Source of the DNA: Patescibacteria group bacterium
GTDB taxonomy: Bacteria > Patescibacteriota > Microgenomatia > UBA1400 > PJMF01
NCBI GenBank assembly: GCA_016861085.1
Contig: BOKR01000001.1
Span: 825,696 to 889,695 of the forward strand
Direction: 5' to 3'
Length of the DNA stretch: 64,000 nucleotides
Of the stretch, positions 46,772 through 56,812 are shown piece after piece; position 1 is the stretch's first letter; each line of letters starts with the position of its first letter. The notes beneath the pieces are model-generated. The model made no database searches. It worked only from the letters and a program-made list of their open reading frames with translations, and was not told the DNA's origin. Made by a program: the position numbers and the translations under genes.

Positions 46772-47502
46772 TGCTTAAAGTCCACTCTATTGAAACTTTT
46801 GGGACACATGATGGTCCAGGTATTCGCCTAGTAATTTTTACTCAAGGCTGTCCGTTTCGTTGTGCGTACTGTCACAATCCTGATTCACAAACATGGAATA
46901 ACCCAAAAGCTATAGAGCTTACCGCTGAAGATATCATTGAAAGACTCCAAAAAGAAAAACCGTACTTCAAAAATGGTGGGGGTGTGACTTTTTCTGGTGG
47001 TGAACCAACACTGCAAACAAAAGAGCTTTTACCAATCTGTCAACAAATCAAACAAGCTGGATTTCATATCACTCTTGATACCTGTGGTGGCATATTTACT
47101 GAGGAAACTCAACAACTCTATGACCTTTGTGACCTTGTCATGCTTGATGTAAAACATATCAACCGCGATTGGCATGTTAAGTTAACCAAACATTCAAATG
47201 ATACTGTCTTAAAGAATGCACACTATAGGGAGCAAACTGGCAAAGAATTGTGGTTGAGATACGTTCTTGTCCCCGGCTGGACTGACCAAGATGAATATTT
47301 AAAAGAATGGGCCCAATACTTTTCTGATTTTAAGTCAATCACAAAGGCACAAATCTTGCCGTATCATCTTTTGGGTGTTCATAAATACGCTGAACTTGGG
47401 TTAGACTATATTCTAGATGGTGTTCGTGCAGCTACTGAGTCTGACGCCCAAAGAGCAAAAAAAATCTTTGAAAAACACCTAAAAGCTGTTGAAATCGCAT
47501 AA
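46771..47502 (+). CDS. pflA: Pyruvate formate-lyase activating enzyme (radical SAM)
   Basis: GCPFRCAYCHNPD CxxxCxxC cluster. Confidence 0.95.
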   Translation: MLKVHSIETFGTHDGPGIRLVIFTQGCPFRCAYCHNPDSQTWNNPKAIELTAEDIIERLQKEKPYFKNGGGVTFSGGEPTLQTKELLPICQQIKQAGFHITLDTCGGIFTEETQQLYDLCDLVMLDVKHINRDWHVKLTKHSNDTVLKNAHYREQTGKELWLRYVLVPGWTDQDEYLKEWAQYFSDFKSITKAQILPYHLLGVHKYAELGLDYILDGVRAATESDAQRAKKIFEKHLKAVEIA

Positions 47503-47505
47503 TAA

Positions 47506-49647
47506 TTGAAAGGAAGAATGTCATACGAGGCATTATTTTATCCGAAGTCTATTGCCATTATTGGAGCTTCTAGAAACATTAAAACGGTAGGTAATGATGT
47601 TATAAAAAACCTCGTTACTCAAGGCTATACCGGTAATTTGTTTCCAGTTAATCCAAAAGCCGATATCTTGTATGGCAAAAAAGTTTACCCAACCGTTCAA
47701 GAAATTCCTGAGCGTATAGATCTGGCAATCATTGCAATTCCAGCCCAATTTGTGCCAGACGCACTCGTCCAAGCAAATGAGAAAGGAGCAACTGCAGCAA
47801 TTGTAATTTCAGCTGGATTTAAAGAGGCCGGCAACGCTGATTTAGAGAATCAAGTTGCTCAAGTGTGCCAAGAACGAAATATAACTCTCATTGGTCCGAA
47901 TTGTTTAGGAATCATCAATCCCGAAATCAAAATGAATGCTTCATTTGCAGGCGTCATGCCTATAGAAGGATCTGTCGCATTTGTTTCACAAAGTGGAGCG
48001 CTATGCACAGCAGTCTTAGATTATGCACTAGATTTGCATGTTGGATTTTCAAAATTTATTAGTACCGGTAACAAAGCAGTTATAGATGAATTAGCGTTAT
48101 TGAAATACTTTGCTCAAGACGAAAAAACAAAAGTAATAGCTTTATATGTTGAGCAACTTGAAAATGCGCCAGAACTGATTTCTGCTGTAAAAGAACTGTC
48201 ACTGGGTGAGCATGCAAAACCAGTTGTCATTTTAAAATCTGGAACAACCCAAGAAGGATCAAGTGCTATTGCGTCTCACACTGGCTCTTTAGCTGGTGGG
48301 GATACTGCTTACGAGGCACTCTTTGCACAAGCAGGGGTTATTCGCGCTCATACCATCGGAGAGTTATTTGACTACGTCCAAGTTTTTTCAAAAAACAAAC
48401 TTGTGCCTGTCGAGAATATCACTATTGTAACCAATGCAGGTGGACCAGGAGTCTTAACTACCGATGCAGTTATTAATTCAGGTCTTCACTTAGCTAAGCT
48501 AGAGGAATCAACAATTCATAAACTACAAGAATTTCTCCCAAAAGCCGCCAATACCCATAACCCTATTGACGTTCTTGGTGATGCAGTTGGTGAAACCTAC
48601 CAAAAAACACTAGACATTTTAGTGCAAGATGCAAATACAGACGCAATTTTAGTGTTACTGACTCCCCAGTCAATGACAGAAATTAGAAAAACCGCGCATG
48701 CTGTGGTCCATTCACACTATTACGGGAACAAGCCAGTGCTTGCCAGTTTTATGGGACAAGAGACTGTTCATCCTGGTATGAAAATCATGCAAGAAGCTGG
48801 TGTTACTACAACCACATTTCCAGAAGCTGCTGCAAAAGCGTTGGGCGTTTTTTCTAAATTCCAAAAATATTCTGTGCGAGAAAAATCAGAAGTTTTGAAA
48901 TTTGATGATGTCGACAAGCAGAAAGTTGCAGATATCTTTGCGCAAGCTAAACAAAACGGGAAGACTTCCTTTCCAGAGGCAGAGGCTTTAGAAATTTTGC
49001 AAGCATATAAATTTCCAATGCTTAAGTCAAAACAGGCGAAAAGTGCAGCTGAAGCAGAAACAATTGCAAAAAATATAGTAGCAGAACTTGGTAGCGAAAC
49101 TACTTTTGCAATGAAAATCGTTTCACAAGACATTCTACATAAAAGTGATGTAGGTGGTGTAATGCTCAACGTTACAGCCAAAGAAATTAAAGAGAAATCA
49201 CAAGAACTCATGGCTCGTGTTGCCCGAAATGCTCCAAATGCAAAACTTGATGGCGTTCTTGTTATGCAAATGGCACCTAAAAATGGTGTTGAAGTTATCT
49301 TGGGTGTTTCGAAAGCTCCAGGTTTAGGGACTATGGTCATGGTTGGCCTTGGTGGTATTTATGTTGAAGTGTTGAAAGATGTTTCATTTGGCTATGTACC
49401 AATTACAAAAAATGATGCAAATAGAATGGTAACTTCACTCAAATCGGCAAAAATTTTCGAAGGAGTTCGTGGTGCAAAACCATCTGATATTGACATGCTG
49501 GTAGAAAGTATCGGTAGATTAGCGCAACTTGTTTTAGATTTCCCAGAAATCTCAGAATTAGATATCAATCCATTACTTGTATTACCTAAAGAAGAGGGCG
49601 TGCGAGTGCTTGATGCTAGAGTTTTGTTAGAGTCTCATGTTTCTTAA
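47506..49647 (+). CDS. Acetyl-CoA synthetase (ADP-forming), fused alpha-beta
   Basis: CoA-binding N-terminus (IAIIGASR...GPNCLG) plus succinyl-CoA-synthetase-like ligase and ATP-grasp domains. The likely start is the MSYEAL at 47518. Confidence 0.85.
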   Translation: MKGRMSYEALFYPKSIAIIGASRNIKTVGNDVIKNLVTQGYTGNLFPVNPKADILYGKKVYPTVQEIPERIDLAIIAIPAQFVPDALVQANEKGATAAIVISAGFKEAGNADLENQVAQVCQERNITLIGPNCLGIINPEIKMNASFAGVMPIEGSVAFVSQSGALCTAVLDYALDLHVGFSKFISTGNKAVIDELALLKYFAQDEKTKVIALYVEQLENAPELISAVKELSLGEHAKPVVILKSGTTQEGSSAIASHTGSLAGGDTAYEALFAQAGVIRAHTIGELFDYVQVFSKNKLVPVENITIVTNAGGPGVLTTDAVINSGLHLAKLEESTIHKLQEFLPKAANTHNPIDVLGDAVGETYQKTLDILVQDANTDAILVLLTPQSMTEIRKTAHAVVHSHYYGNKPVLASFMGQETVHPGMKIMQEAGVTTTTFPEAAAKALGVFSKFQKYSVREKSEVLKFDDVDKQKVADIFAQAKQNGKTSFPEAEALEILQAYKFPMLKSKQAKSAAEAETIAKNIVAELGSETTFAMKIVSQDILHKSDVGGVMLNVTAKEIKEKSQELMARVARNAPNAKLDGVLVMQMAPKNGVEVILGVSKAPGLGTMVMVGLGGIYVEVLKDVSFGYVPITKNDANRMVTSLKSAKIFEGVRGAKPSDIDMLVESIGRLAQLVLDFPEISELDINPLLVLPKEEGVRVLDARVLLESHVS

Positions 49648-50545
49648 GCTCTTCTTTCAACTCAGCAATCCTAATTTCCCTGTTGGCCATAATGTCATTT
49701 ACTTTGGTTAACTCTTGAATCTGCTCATGCATCTTCATTTCAGTCAGTTTTCTGTCAGTTATATCAGTTAAAATCATTGAAAACTCATTTTTTGTTGATG
49801 GAAAAAAATGAATTCGGAACCATTTTTGCTTTGTTTCATATAAAAATTCATCGGTAAAATCTTCTCCCTGTAAAGCAGCTCTTCCTCCCTTTTGGATTAG
49901 CTCTTTCAGCCTCTTCTCAGATTTATATGGCAATATGCTAAAACGTTTACCAATCAGCTCTTCTTTATTGAGTCCCACCAAATCTTCAAGCGCCTTATTT
50001 ACTAACAAAAATTCAAAATCTACAGGATTGCCTTGATCATCAACTATGATCCTTTGATATGAAAAAGCCTCAGACATCCTCTCAAATACTTGTTCAAGCT
50101 GTGATTGTATTTGAGTGGTTTGTTGTCGTAATCTTTCAAATTCTGATAAATCAACAATCTGAGTAAGTAAGTGCTTTGGAGTCAAATCAGGATTTCTTAC
50201 AAAAGAAACAGAAAGAATTACTGGTACTACTTTGCCAGTCTTACTAATATATCTTTTCTGTAATTGGTAATGCTCAAACTTACCTTTGAGCATGTCATTT
50301 ATATACTCAATGTCTCTTTGCAAATCTTCGGGATGAGTAATATCCTGAAATTTCTTTTTAAGAAGTTCCTCAACTGTATAGCCAACAATCTTTGCAAAAG
50401 AGTTATTTACTCGTAACCACTGACCCTCAAAAGAAACAAAGGCCATACCAATTGCTGAGTTTTCAAATGCATCTTCAAAACCATAGAGTACATTACCAGG
50501 TTGTTGCTTACTAGGAAATAGAAATCTTCTGAATATGTTCAACAT
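49616..50545 (-). CDS. Tandem PAS-domain protein (no output domain)
   Basis: Two PAS S-boxes. Confidence 0.65.
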   Translation of the reverse strand: MLNIFRRFLFPSKQQPGNVLYGFEDAFENSAIGMAFVSFEGQWLRVNNSFAKIVGYTVEELLKKKFQDITHPEDLQRDIEYINDMLKGKFEHYQLQKRYISKTGKVVPVILSVSFVRNPDLTPKHLLTQIVDLSEFERLRQQTTQIQSQLEQVFERMSEAFSYQRIIVDDQGNPVDFEFLLVNKALEDLVGLNKEELIGKRFSILPYKSEKRLKELIQKGGRAALQGEDFTDEFLYETKQKWFRIHFFPSTKNEFSMILTDITDRKLTEMKMHEQIQELTKVNDIMANREIRIAELKEELKKHETLTKL

Positions 50546-50618
50546 ATAACCATGTATGGATTAAAATAAAGCACACTTTAGTATGAGAACAAATACCATT
50601 TTTTGCAAGGAGTTAACC

Positions 50619-51932
50619 CTATGTTGAGGTGCTTACTGCTTTAACCGTTTCAAAAATACCTATTTGCTGCATTGATTCAAAAACTTCTTTGTATACGCTA
50701 AACAAATATTCCCAGTTATTCTGATAATTTTGTTTTAGGTTTGATTCAATTGCTACCAAAAATTTTTGAGGGTCTTCACCGGTAAATGGATTTCCTGCAG
50801 CAGGGCGGTGTAGCGAAGCTTCAACTTTATCGAGCATTTCCAAAAATGCTACTAACCGCAAATCTCTTTTCTCTCGAGCATCTATCTTCGAGGCCCTTAT
50901 AAACTCTTCCATCTTTTTTGGTGAATCTGCAAATGCACCTTGTACAAAATGATGCCGTAAGCCAACCTTGGCTCGTTCCCTGAAATGCTCATTCAGTCCA
51001 AGTGATTTGGTAAATAAAAACTTCTTTCCAAAAATAATGTGAGAATTTGTATAGAAATTACCTATTGGTTCAGTATCGGGCTTAAAACCTTGCTGTAACA
51101 AAAAAACCTTCTCCGCTCTGCTTAACACAAAGCACTTCTTTATTTCTTGTATTCTTTGAGTTTTTTCACGATCTGATTGCGTTGAATCAAGTACTTCTTG
51201 TATTGCAATTTCCCTTGCAATGATAAATGCTAATTCAATTGGTAGGGCTCGAACGTTTCCTTGTTTTAGTATCTCTTTAACTCTAGGAGAAAGTCCTTCC
51301 AAAACACTCTCATTTGTGCTATCTCTCCCGAAGATAATTCTTCGCAAAAACCTGACTGATTTTACTCCACTGATTTTAAAAATAATTCTTCTGATTTCTT
51401 TTGTGACTTCTGTAGAGCCATATACCTTCTTAGCGAAAAGTGTTTTAATACCAATTTCTTTTACACTTTTACCATGTTTCCCCTCTAAAATAAGATTGTT
51501 ATATATCCTTGGAACTACTGCAGCTGCATGTTTTGGGTTGTAATTAATTGGCCCAGCTTTACCAATGTCACTAATTACAATCATAAAAATGAGATCCTGT
51601 AGAAACTCTGTACTCTTTACTTCTTCTACTTCAAAGAGCTGTAGTATTTCATTTCTGTGTGAGATAACTGCCTTAATCATATTAAGCTCATAGTCCCAAT
51701 GATTTTGGAGTTGGTCAGAATTTAAAAGCCCTGGTTGATGCAAGACATCTATCTGATGAAAAATATCCTTTGGCAGACTTAGTGCCCACTGAGAAAATTC
51801 AGGTCCTAAAAGTTCTTCCAACTCCTTTGCGAATGTGAGTTGTATGTCAGAAAATTTTGAGGAGGTTTCTTCTTTTTTGTTTACGGTATCTCTATCTGAA
51901 CGGAAAAAACTTTCGATAACTGTGTTTATCAT
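50619..51932 (-). CDS. Hypothetical protein (degenerate HD-like motif VISDIGK)
   Basis: ORF. Weak HD-like motif. Confidence 0.3.
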   Translation of the reverse strand: MINTVIESFFRSDRDTVNKKEETSSKFSDIQLTFAKELEELLGPEFSQWALSLPKDIFHQIDVLHQPGLLNSDQLQNHWDYELNMIKAVISHRNEILQLFEVEEVKSTEFLQDLIFMIVISDIGKAGPINYNPKHAAAVVPRIYNNLILEGKHGKSVKEIGIKTLFAKKVYGSTEVTKEIRRIIFKISGVKSVRFLRRIIFGRDSTNESVLEGLSPRVKEILKQGNVRALPIELAFIIAREIAIQEVLDSTQSDREKTQRIQEIKKCFVLSRAEKVFLLQQGFKPDTEPIGNFYTNSHIIFGKKFLFTKSLGLNEHFRERAKVGLRHHFVQGAFADSPKKMEEFIRASKIDAREKRDLRLVAFLEMLDKVEASLHRPAAGNPFTGEDPQKFLVAIESNLKQNYQNNWEYLFSVYKEVFESMQQIGIFETVKAVSTST

Positions 51933-51966
51933 AATGTATAACTGTCATTGTAAGTATAAAACACGC

Positions 51967-53301
51967 TTAGTTAAAATAATATGCAAAGTACTTATCGAGC
52001 TGCTTTTTAGTATGCGGATCCATACCATTTGATAATGTTTGCAAAAATTGCTGTTTTAGCTGCTGAGCCAGCCTACTATAACCAGCATCGATTAAATGTT
52101 CAAGTGTTTGGCGCGCAAACAACATATTAATGGTACCCGAAGTCCCAGGATTATCAAAAAATGTACCACAACTAATCTGTGCCCCTAATGCAGAAGCCTT
52201 AGCAGCATAGAGAGATTTTTTGTTATTTTTCACTTCACCATGAAAATAAAAATATGTGTCAAAATTTTTGGCAAGTTCTTCTGACCAAAACCTACCTAGC
52301 TGTTTATCTAAAACTGAGTCAACCTGCCTATTTAATTCTGCGAGTGCATTTGAGAAACTCCGTTTCCAACCCCCATGCCAACCAGCGTCACAAGGACATT
52401 CTTTGTGCCAACGAGCCAAATCTCCATGTGGGCAACTCCATGCAGTTCGTTCTCTGAGTCGACCGTCCCTATAATCATTTTTATCCCAAACTTCTTGTAT
52501 CTGATTCAATCCGAGTACAGCCACGCCAATACTTGGCAAGCTACTAGAAACTAGGTGCTGCAAAAATTTATCAGCAAACTTTGCATGGTGACCAAAAGTC
52601 TCACCGTCTGTCCAACCTATGATAGGAACTGATTTAGGCAAGCGCAAAATTCTTGGCTTTACCACTTGGTCTGCAAATCGATCAGCATTCGATTTATCCT
52701 CAAATGCAAACTGCGATGAAAGTGGCCTATCAAATGGTAACAGTAAAATCTCTGCTCTACTTTTTAATTTAATTCTTACCGGAAAATTATCTATCTCACC
52801 CTTTACACCCCCAATTTGTTCTGGTGCACAAATCACTCCTTTGTAACCAACCCTAGCTAAAACTTCTAAGGTTTGAGTATCTAATGCTGTCTCTGGTGCC
52901 CAAAACCATTGAGGTGGAACACCTCCAGCGTCTTTTTTAAATGCTTCCCACCCTGCTTGCACTAATATTACTTTGTCGCGTTCTGGCAAATCTGGCAGCA
53001 ATGCATGTAAATATGGATCACCAACCCCCCTTGCCCGCATAGACTCTCTAAGAGCAACTGATTCTTTTGGGGCGATCCTTAACATATCTCTGCGAATTGT
53101 GGCATAAAAATCAAAAGATGCTTTTTCTAGCGTTCCACTTTGTAACTGAGGGATATAACATTCTCTAGCAATAACTGCGTTCCAGTCTGTATCACTGGTG
53201 CGCAGATGCTTTAAACGAATATGGCTGGCACTTCGAGATGGCTGATAGAAATGCTCACCAACAACTGAGAACCGTTCTGAGGTTCTAAGGTGCTTAATCA
53301 T
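51967..53301 (-). CDS. Glycoside hydrolase family 57 protein
   Basis: GH57 conserved region IV-like WTDGETFGHH and region V-like CPCDAGWHGGW. Confidence 0.6.
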   Translation of the reverse strand: MIKHLRTSERFSVVGEHFYQPSRSASHIRLKHLRTSDTDWNAVIARECYIPQLQSGTLEKASFDFYATIRRDMLRIAPKESVALRESMRARGVGDPYLHALLPDLPERDKVILVQAGWEAFKKDAGGVPPQWFWAPETALDTQTLEVLARVGYKGVICAPEQIGGVKGEIDNFPVRIKLKSRAEILLLPFDRPLSSQFAFEDKSNADRFADQVVKPRILRLPKSVPIIGWTDGETFGHHAKFADKFLQHLVSSSLPSIGVAVLGLNQIQEVWDKNDYRDGRLRERTAWSCPHGDLARWHKECPCDAGWHGGWKRSFSNALAELNRQVDSVLDKQLGRFWSEELAKNFDTYFYFHGEVKNNKKSLYAAKASALGAQISCGTFFDNPGTSGTINMLFARQTLEHLIDAGYSRLAQQLKQQFLQTLSNGMDPHTKKQLDKYFAYYFN

Positions 53302-53421
53302 ACAGATGATGTTATAGTTAGTTTGATGCTTTGTATATAACTAATAAGTTCCCATAGTTGGGATAATTTATTATTTAAGCCTGGACATGAAAAAATATAA
53401 AAAAAAGCGTATACTTAAAAT

Positions 53422-54003
53422 ATGACTCAGGAAATTGAAACACAAAAACTCCGCAGATACTTTTTTAAAACATTGGAGGCAAAATCTCTAAAAAAACGGC
53501 CACTTTCTACAAAAATAGCAGACAGACTTACAGGTTTTTCAAGTACTCCAAAATTTTTATTCTTAAATGCATTCATTTTTATTGTTTGGATTACGTTTAA
53601 TACAGGAATTATTCCTGGATTTACTCCGTTTGATCCGTACCCATTTGGATTTCTAACTATGGCCGTATCACTTGAAGCTATCTTCTTGTCAATTTTTGTA
53701 CTCGTTTCTCAAAATAGAGCTTCACAAACCGCTACACTTAGAGACGAACTAAACTTACGAGTCAACCTTATTGCTGAACAAGAAATTACCAAAATCTTAA
53801 AAATGCAGCTTGCACTTAATAAAAGATTGCGGGTCAATAAAGAAATTGATGAAGAACTCGAAAAAATGATTCAAGATATCAGTGCAAGTTCACTAGAGCA
53901 ATCAATTTTGGAACAACTAGAACGTGCCGATCAACCGCTTTTTGAATCAATCACAAAGAAGGAAATTCCTGAACTATTCAAACTTTCGGGGAAAAAGAAA
54001 TAA
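53422..54003 (+). CDS. DUF1003-like membrane protein
   Basis: Two TM helices with FDPYPFGFL...SLEAIFLSIFVLVSQNR and a C-terminal coiled coil. Confidence 0.5.
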   Translation: MTQEIETQKLRRYFFKTLEAKSLKKRPLSTKIADRLTGFSSTPKFLFLNAFIFIVWITFNTGIIPGFTPFDPYPFGFLTMAVSLEAIFLSIFVLVSQNRASQTATLRDELNLRVNLIAEQEITKILKMQLALNKRLRVNKEIDEELEKMIQDISASSLEQSILEQLERADQPLFESITKKEIPELFKLSGKKK

Positions 54004-54004
54004 T

Positions 54005-54262
54005 TCATCCTTTGACTAATTTTAGTTTTTGTTCTCTTGTAAGCTGTTTGATTTGATATTCGCGCTTTGAGGCTTGTGAACGGTCGATGTATTTTTCAAT
54101 GTATACCAGTTTGAACGGACCTTTTTTTCTGGTGTATTTTGCACCCAAATCAAATGTGTGTTTTTCTAATCTTTTATCGACATTATTACTGATGCCTGTA
54201 TAGAGTGTGCCGTCGTTACATTCAATAATGTAAACGTACCAAGGTTTCAATTCAGTGTTCAT
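54005..54262 (-). CDS. GIY-YIG nuclease-domain protein
   Basis: WYVYIIECNDGTLYTGISNNVDKRLEKH. The tool's longer N-terminus overlaps the tRNA and was trimmed to the ATG at 54262. Confidence 0.7.
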   Translation of the reverse strand: MNTELKPWYVYIIECNDGTLYTGISNNVDKRLEKHTFDLGAKYTRKKGPFKLVYIEKYIDRSQASKREYQIKQLTREQKLKLVKG

Positions 54263-54264
54263 TA

Positions 54265-54351
54265 TGGCGGAGAGCGAGGGATTCGAACCCACGGGACCAC
54301 GAAGGTCACGGTTTTCAAGACCGTTGCGATTGACCACTCTGCCAGCTCTCC
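54265..54351 (-). tRNA. tRNA-Ser (anticodon TGA), type II, CCA encoded
   Basis: Minus-strand fold: GGAGAGC acceptor, anticodon stem ACGGT/ACCGT with loop CTTGAAA, long variable arm, GTGGG-TTCGAAT-CCCTC T-arm, GCCA end. Confidence 0.8.
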
Positions 54352-54398
54352 TTAGGTCTAGTTAAGATAAGTATTATATCATTAACAAACTACTTTTT

Positions 54399-55031
54399 GT
54401 GCGTCCTTTTATAGTGTACACTGATACATGGATGCAGGAACAAAATCCCGAAACACCACGTCAAGAGCAACCTATAAACGAGGCACAGCAAAGGCAGGAA
54501 AATGATCCAAATGCTGAGCCCTATTTTCCAGACTATCAAAGGCCGGTTCAGGAGGAATTGGTCTATCAATGGCAAGCACCAAGTAGGCCATTCAAAAAAC
54601 ATAAACGACAATACTTCACTACAATTGCAACCATCGTCTTGCTGTTGTGTTTAATTTTATTTTTTGCAGGGCAATTTTTACCAATAGCAGTAGTAATTGC
54701 TGTTGCATTCCTTTCCTACATCATGGCTACGATTCCTCCCCAAACAATCACAAATTCTATTACCACTTTTGGTATCCGCAATGAGGAGGATTTATATTAT
54801 TGGGATGAAATGGGTAGGTTTTGGTTTGATAAAAAACATGACGAAGACGTTTTATATGTTGAAGTAGATCGATTTCCATTTCGGTTATCTCTTTTGATTG
54901 GCCAAGAACCAAAAGAAACATTAACTGAAATCCTGAGTGAAATTCTTATAAACCAACGACCACCACTTACCGAAACCGAACGATTTGCACAGTGGCTCCA
55001 AAAGAAAATTCCTCTAGACATTGATTCATAA
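54399..55031 (+). CDS. Hypothetical membrane protein
   Basis: ORF with two central TM helices. Confidence 0.4.
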   Translation: MRPFIVYTDTWMQEQNPETPRQEQPINEAQQRQENDPNAEPYFPDYQRPVQEELVYQWQAPSRPFKKHKRQYFTTIATIVLLLCLILFFAGQFLPIAVVIAVAFLSYIMATIPPQTITNSITTFGIRNEEDLYYWDEMGRFWFDKKHDEDVLYVEVDRFPFRLSLLIGQEPKETLTEILSEILINQRPPLTETERFAQWLQKKIPLDIDS

Positions 55032-55073
55032 TTCTCTTTTTTTTGGTATAATACCTGATATTGTTTCCAATAT

Positions 55074-55147
55074 GCACCCATAGCTCAGTTGGATAGAGCG
55101 TTTGTTTGCGGAACAAAAGGTCATGCGTTCGAATCGCATTGGGTGCA
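55074..55147 (+). tRNA. tRNA, anticodon GCG (Arg; unusual G34 isoacceptor), no encoded CCA
   Basis: GCACCCA acceptor, D-arm GCTC/GAGC, anticodon stem TTTGT/ACAAA with loop TTGCGGA, T-arm ATGCG-TTCGAAT-CGCAT. Confidence 0.7.
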
Positions 55148-55178
55148 CAATTGAATATTTTATCGTATACTACCAATC

Positions 55179-56000
55179 ATGTTAGCAGCACTCCTTATAT
55201 CACTACGAGAAGTTATTGAAGCAACACTTATTGTTGCAACAGTTGTAGGTATCTTAACTAAACTTAAACAAACGGCTCTTATTAAAACAGTTGGGATTGC
55301 AACAGCTTTAGCAATAGTTGTAAGTGTTGCATTATTGGGTTTGGGTAGTTATCTTGGACTACAATTACAGGAGTTGTACACCGGTGAAATTGAGGAACTC
55401 GTTGAAGGTGTACTCATGATGATCTCTGCCGCATTTGTTTCTTGGGCGGTATTTTTTTTACATCAAACATTTGGTCACAACAAAATTCAATTGATTGAAA
55501 AAATTAATCACACAGTGAATGCAGGAGAGAAAAATGCCATTTTTATTCTTGTTTTTACCTCAGTTTTAAGAGAAGGATTTGAAATTGTTTTGTTTCTTTC
55601 TACACTGTATCTTTCAACAGATCCTCAACAAATTTTTAGTGGTTTCTTCTTTGGATTGTTGCTAGGACTGGTGTTCTGTTACCTCGTTTTCAAAACCACA
55701 ATCAAGCTGCCCATCTATTATGCATTTAGAATTACTTCAATCTTGCTTGTGATATTCGCAGCAGGACTTTTTGCCCGAGGTGTTCATGAGTTTACTGAGT
55801 TAGGTGTCATCCCAGAATTTACACAAATAACGTTTGCGTTCCTCCCAGAAAAAACAACAACGATTGGAGCCTTTGTCAAAACAATCTTTGGCGTCACCAG
55901 AAAAATGGATTTACTACAACTTTCTGTCTACTCAGGGTACATAGCATTTATGAGTTGGTGGATTAAAACAAATCAAAAAAGCGAAGTTCCTAATAATTAA
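55179..56000 (+). CDS. FTR1/EfeU-family iron permease
   Basis: Two REXXE motifs (REVIE, REGFE) in TM helices. Confidence 0.6.
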   Translation: MLAALLISLREVIEATLIVATVVGILTKLKQTALIKTVGIATALAIVVSVALLGLGSYLGLQLQELYTGEIEELVEGVLMMISAAFVSWAVFFLHQTFGHNKIQLIEKINHTVNAGEKNAIFILVFTSVLREGFEIVLFLSTLYLSTDPQQIFSGFFFGLLLGLVFCYLVFKTTIKLPIYYAFRITSILLVIFAAGLFARGVHEFTELGVIPEFTQITFAFLPEKTTTIGAFVKTIFGVTRKMDLLQLSVYSGYIAFMSWWIKTNQKSEVPNN

Positions 56001-56047
56001 GCAACTTAGTTGCATTATAAAAAAAATACTATATAATCGTTGTTACT

Positions 56048-56806
56048 ATGACATTGATCTATATTCTCGCTGTAACATTTATTAGTAGTCTAATTTCGCT
56101 ACTTGGCTCATTTTTCTTAGCAAAGAAAAAAACTTGGCCAAAAAAATTCATATTACAACTCACTTCTTTTGCCTCAGGTGTATTATTAGCTACTTCGTTA
56201 CTTCATCTTGCACCAGAAGCGATTGAAAATTTGGACGGGCAAATTGTTTTTATTGTCATATTTTTGTCTATAGTTTTCTTTTTTGTTTTAGAACGTTTGA
56301 TTTTATGGCATCATCACCATGAAGATGATGAGTGTTGTGGACCACATCCAAGCGCATGGTTTGTTACTTTTGGGGACGGTGTTCATAATTTTTTAGATGG
56401 TGTTTTAATCGCTGGTACATTTTTAGTAGATCCAACTCTTGGACTCCTAACAGCTTTTGCTGTTTCAGCACATGAAATTCCACAAGAAATTGCCGATTTT
56501 TCAATTATGGTTGCCGGAGGTATGAGTAGAAAACAAGCTCTTCTGTTAAACCTAGCCTCAGCAATGTCAGCTGTTTTAGGAGCATTAGTAACTTACTTTT
56601 TTGCCTTTTCTTTGGAAGGAATCGTCCCATACATCATTGCCCTGAGTGTGGGTATGTTTTTATATATTGCTCTCTCAGACCTTATTCCCGAACTTCATAG
56701 ACATGACCTGAGAGACAATCGACAAAAATGGAACCAACTTATATTATTCTTTGTTGGTATTTGCATCATCGCATCACTAAGTTTATTTTTACCACATATT
56801 GAATAA
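56048..56806 (+). CDS. ZIP-family divalent metal transporter (ZupT-like)
   Basis: HNFLDGVLIAG...SAHEIPQEIADF ZIP signature. His-rich loop HHHHEDDECC. Confidence 0.85.
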   Translation: MTLIYILAVTFISSLISLLGSFFLAKKKTWPKKFILQLTSFASGVLLATSLLHLAPEAIENLDGQIVFIVIFLSIVFFFVLERLILWHHHHEDDECCGPHPSAWFVTFGDGVHNFLDGVLIAGTFLVDPTLGLLTAFAVSAHEIPQEIADFSIMVAGGMSRKQALLLNLASAMSAVLGALVTYFFAFSLEGIVPYIIALSVGMFLYIALSDLIPELHRHDLRDNRQKWNQLILFFVGICIIASLSLFLPHIE

Positions 56807-56812
56807 GATCAT

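Noticed and set aside
54263-54337. N-terminal 25 aa extension of the GIY-YIG ORF
   Set aside because: It lies inside the tRNA-Ser(TGA) gene. The extension is a read-through artefact.
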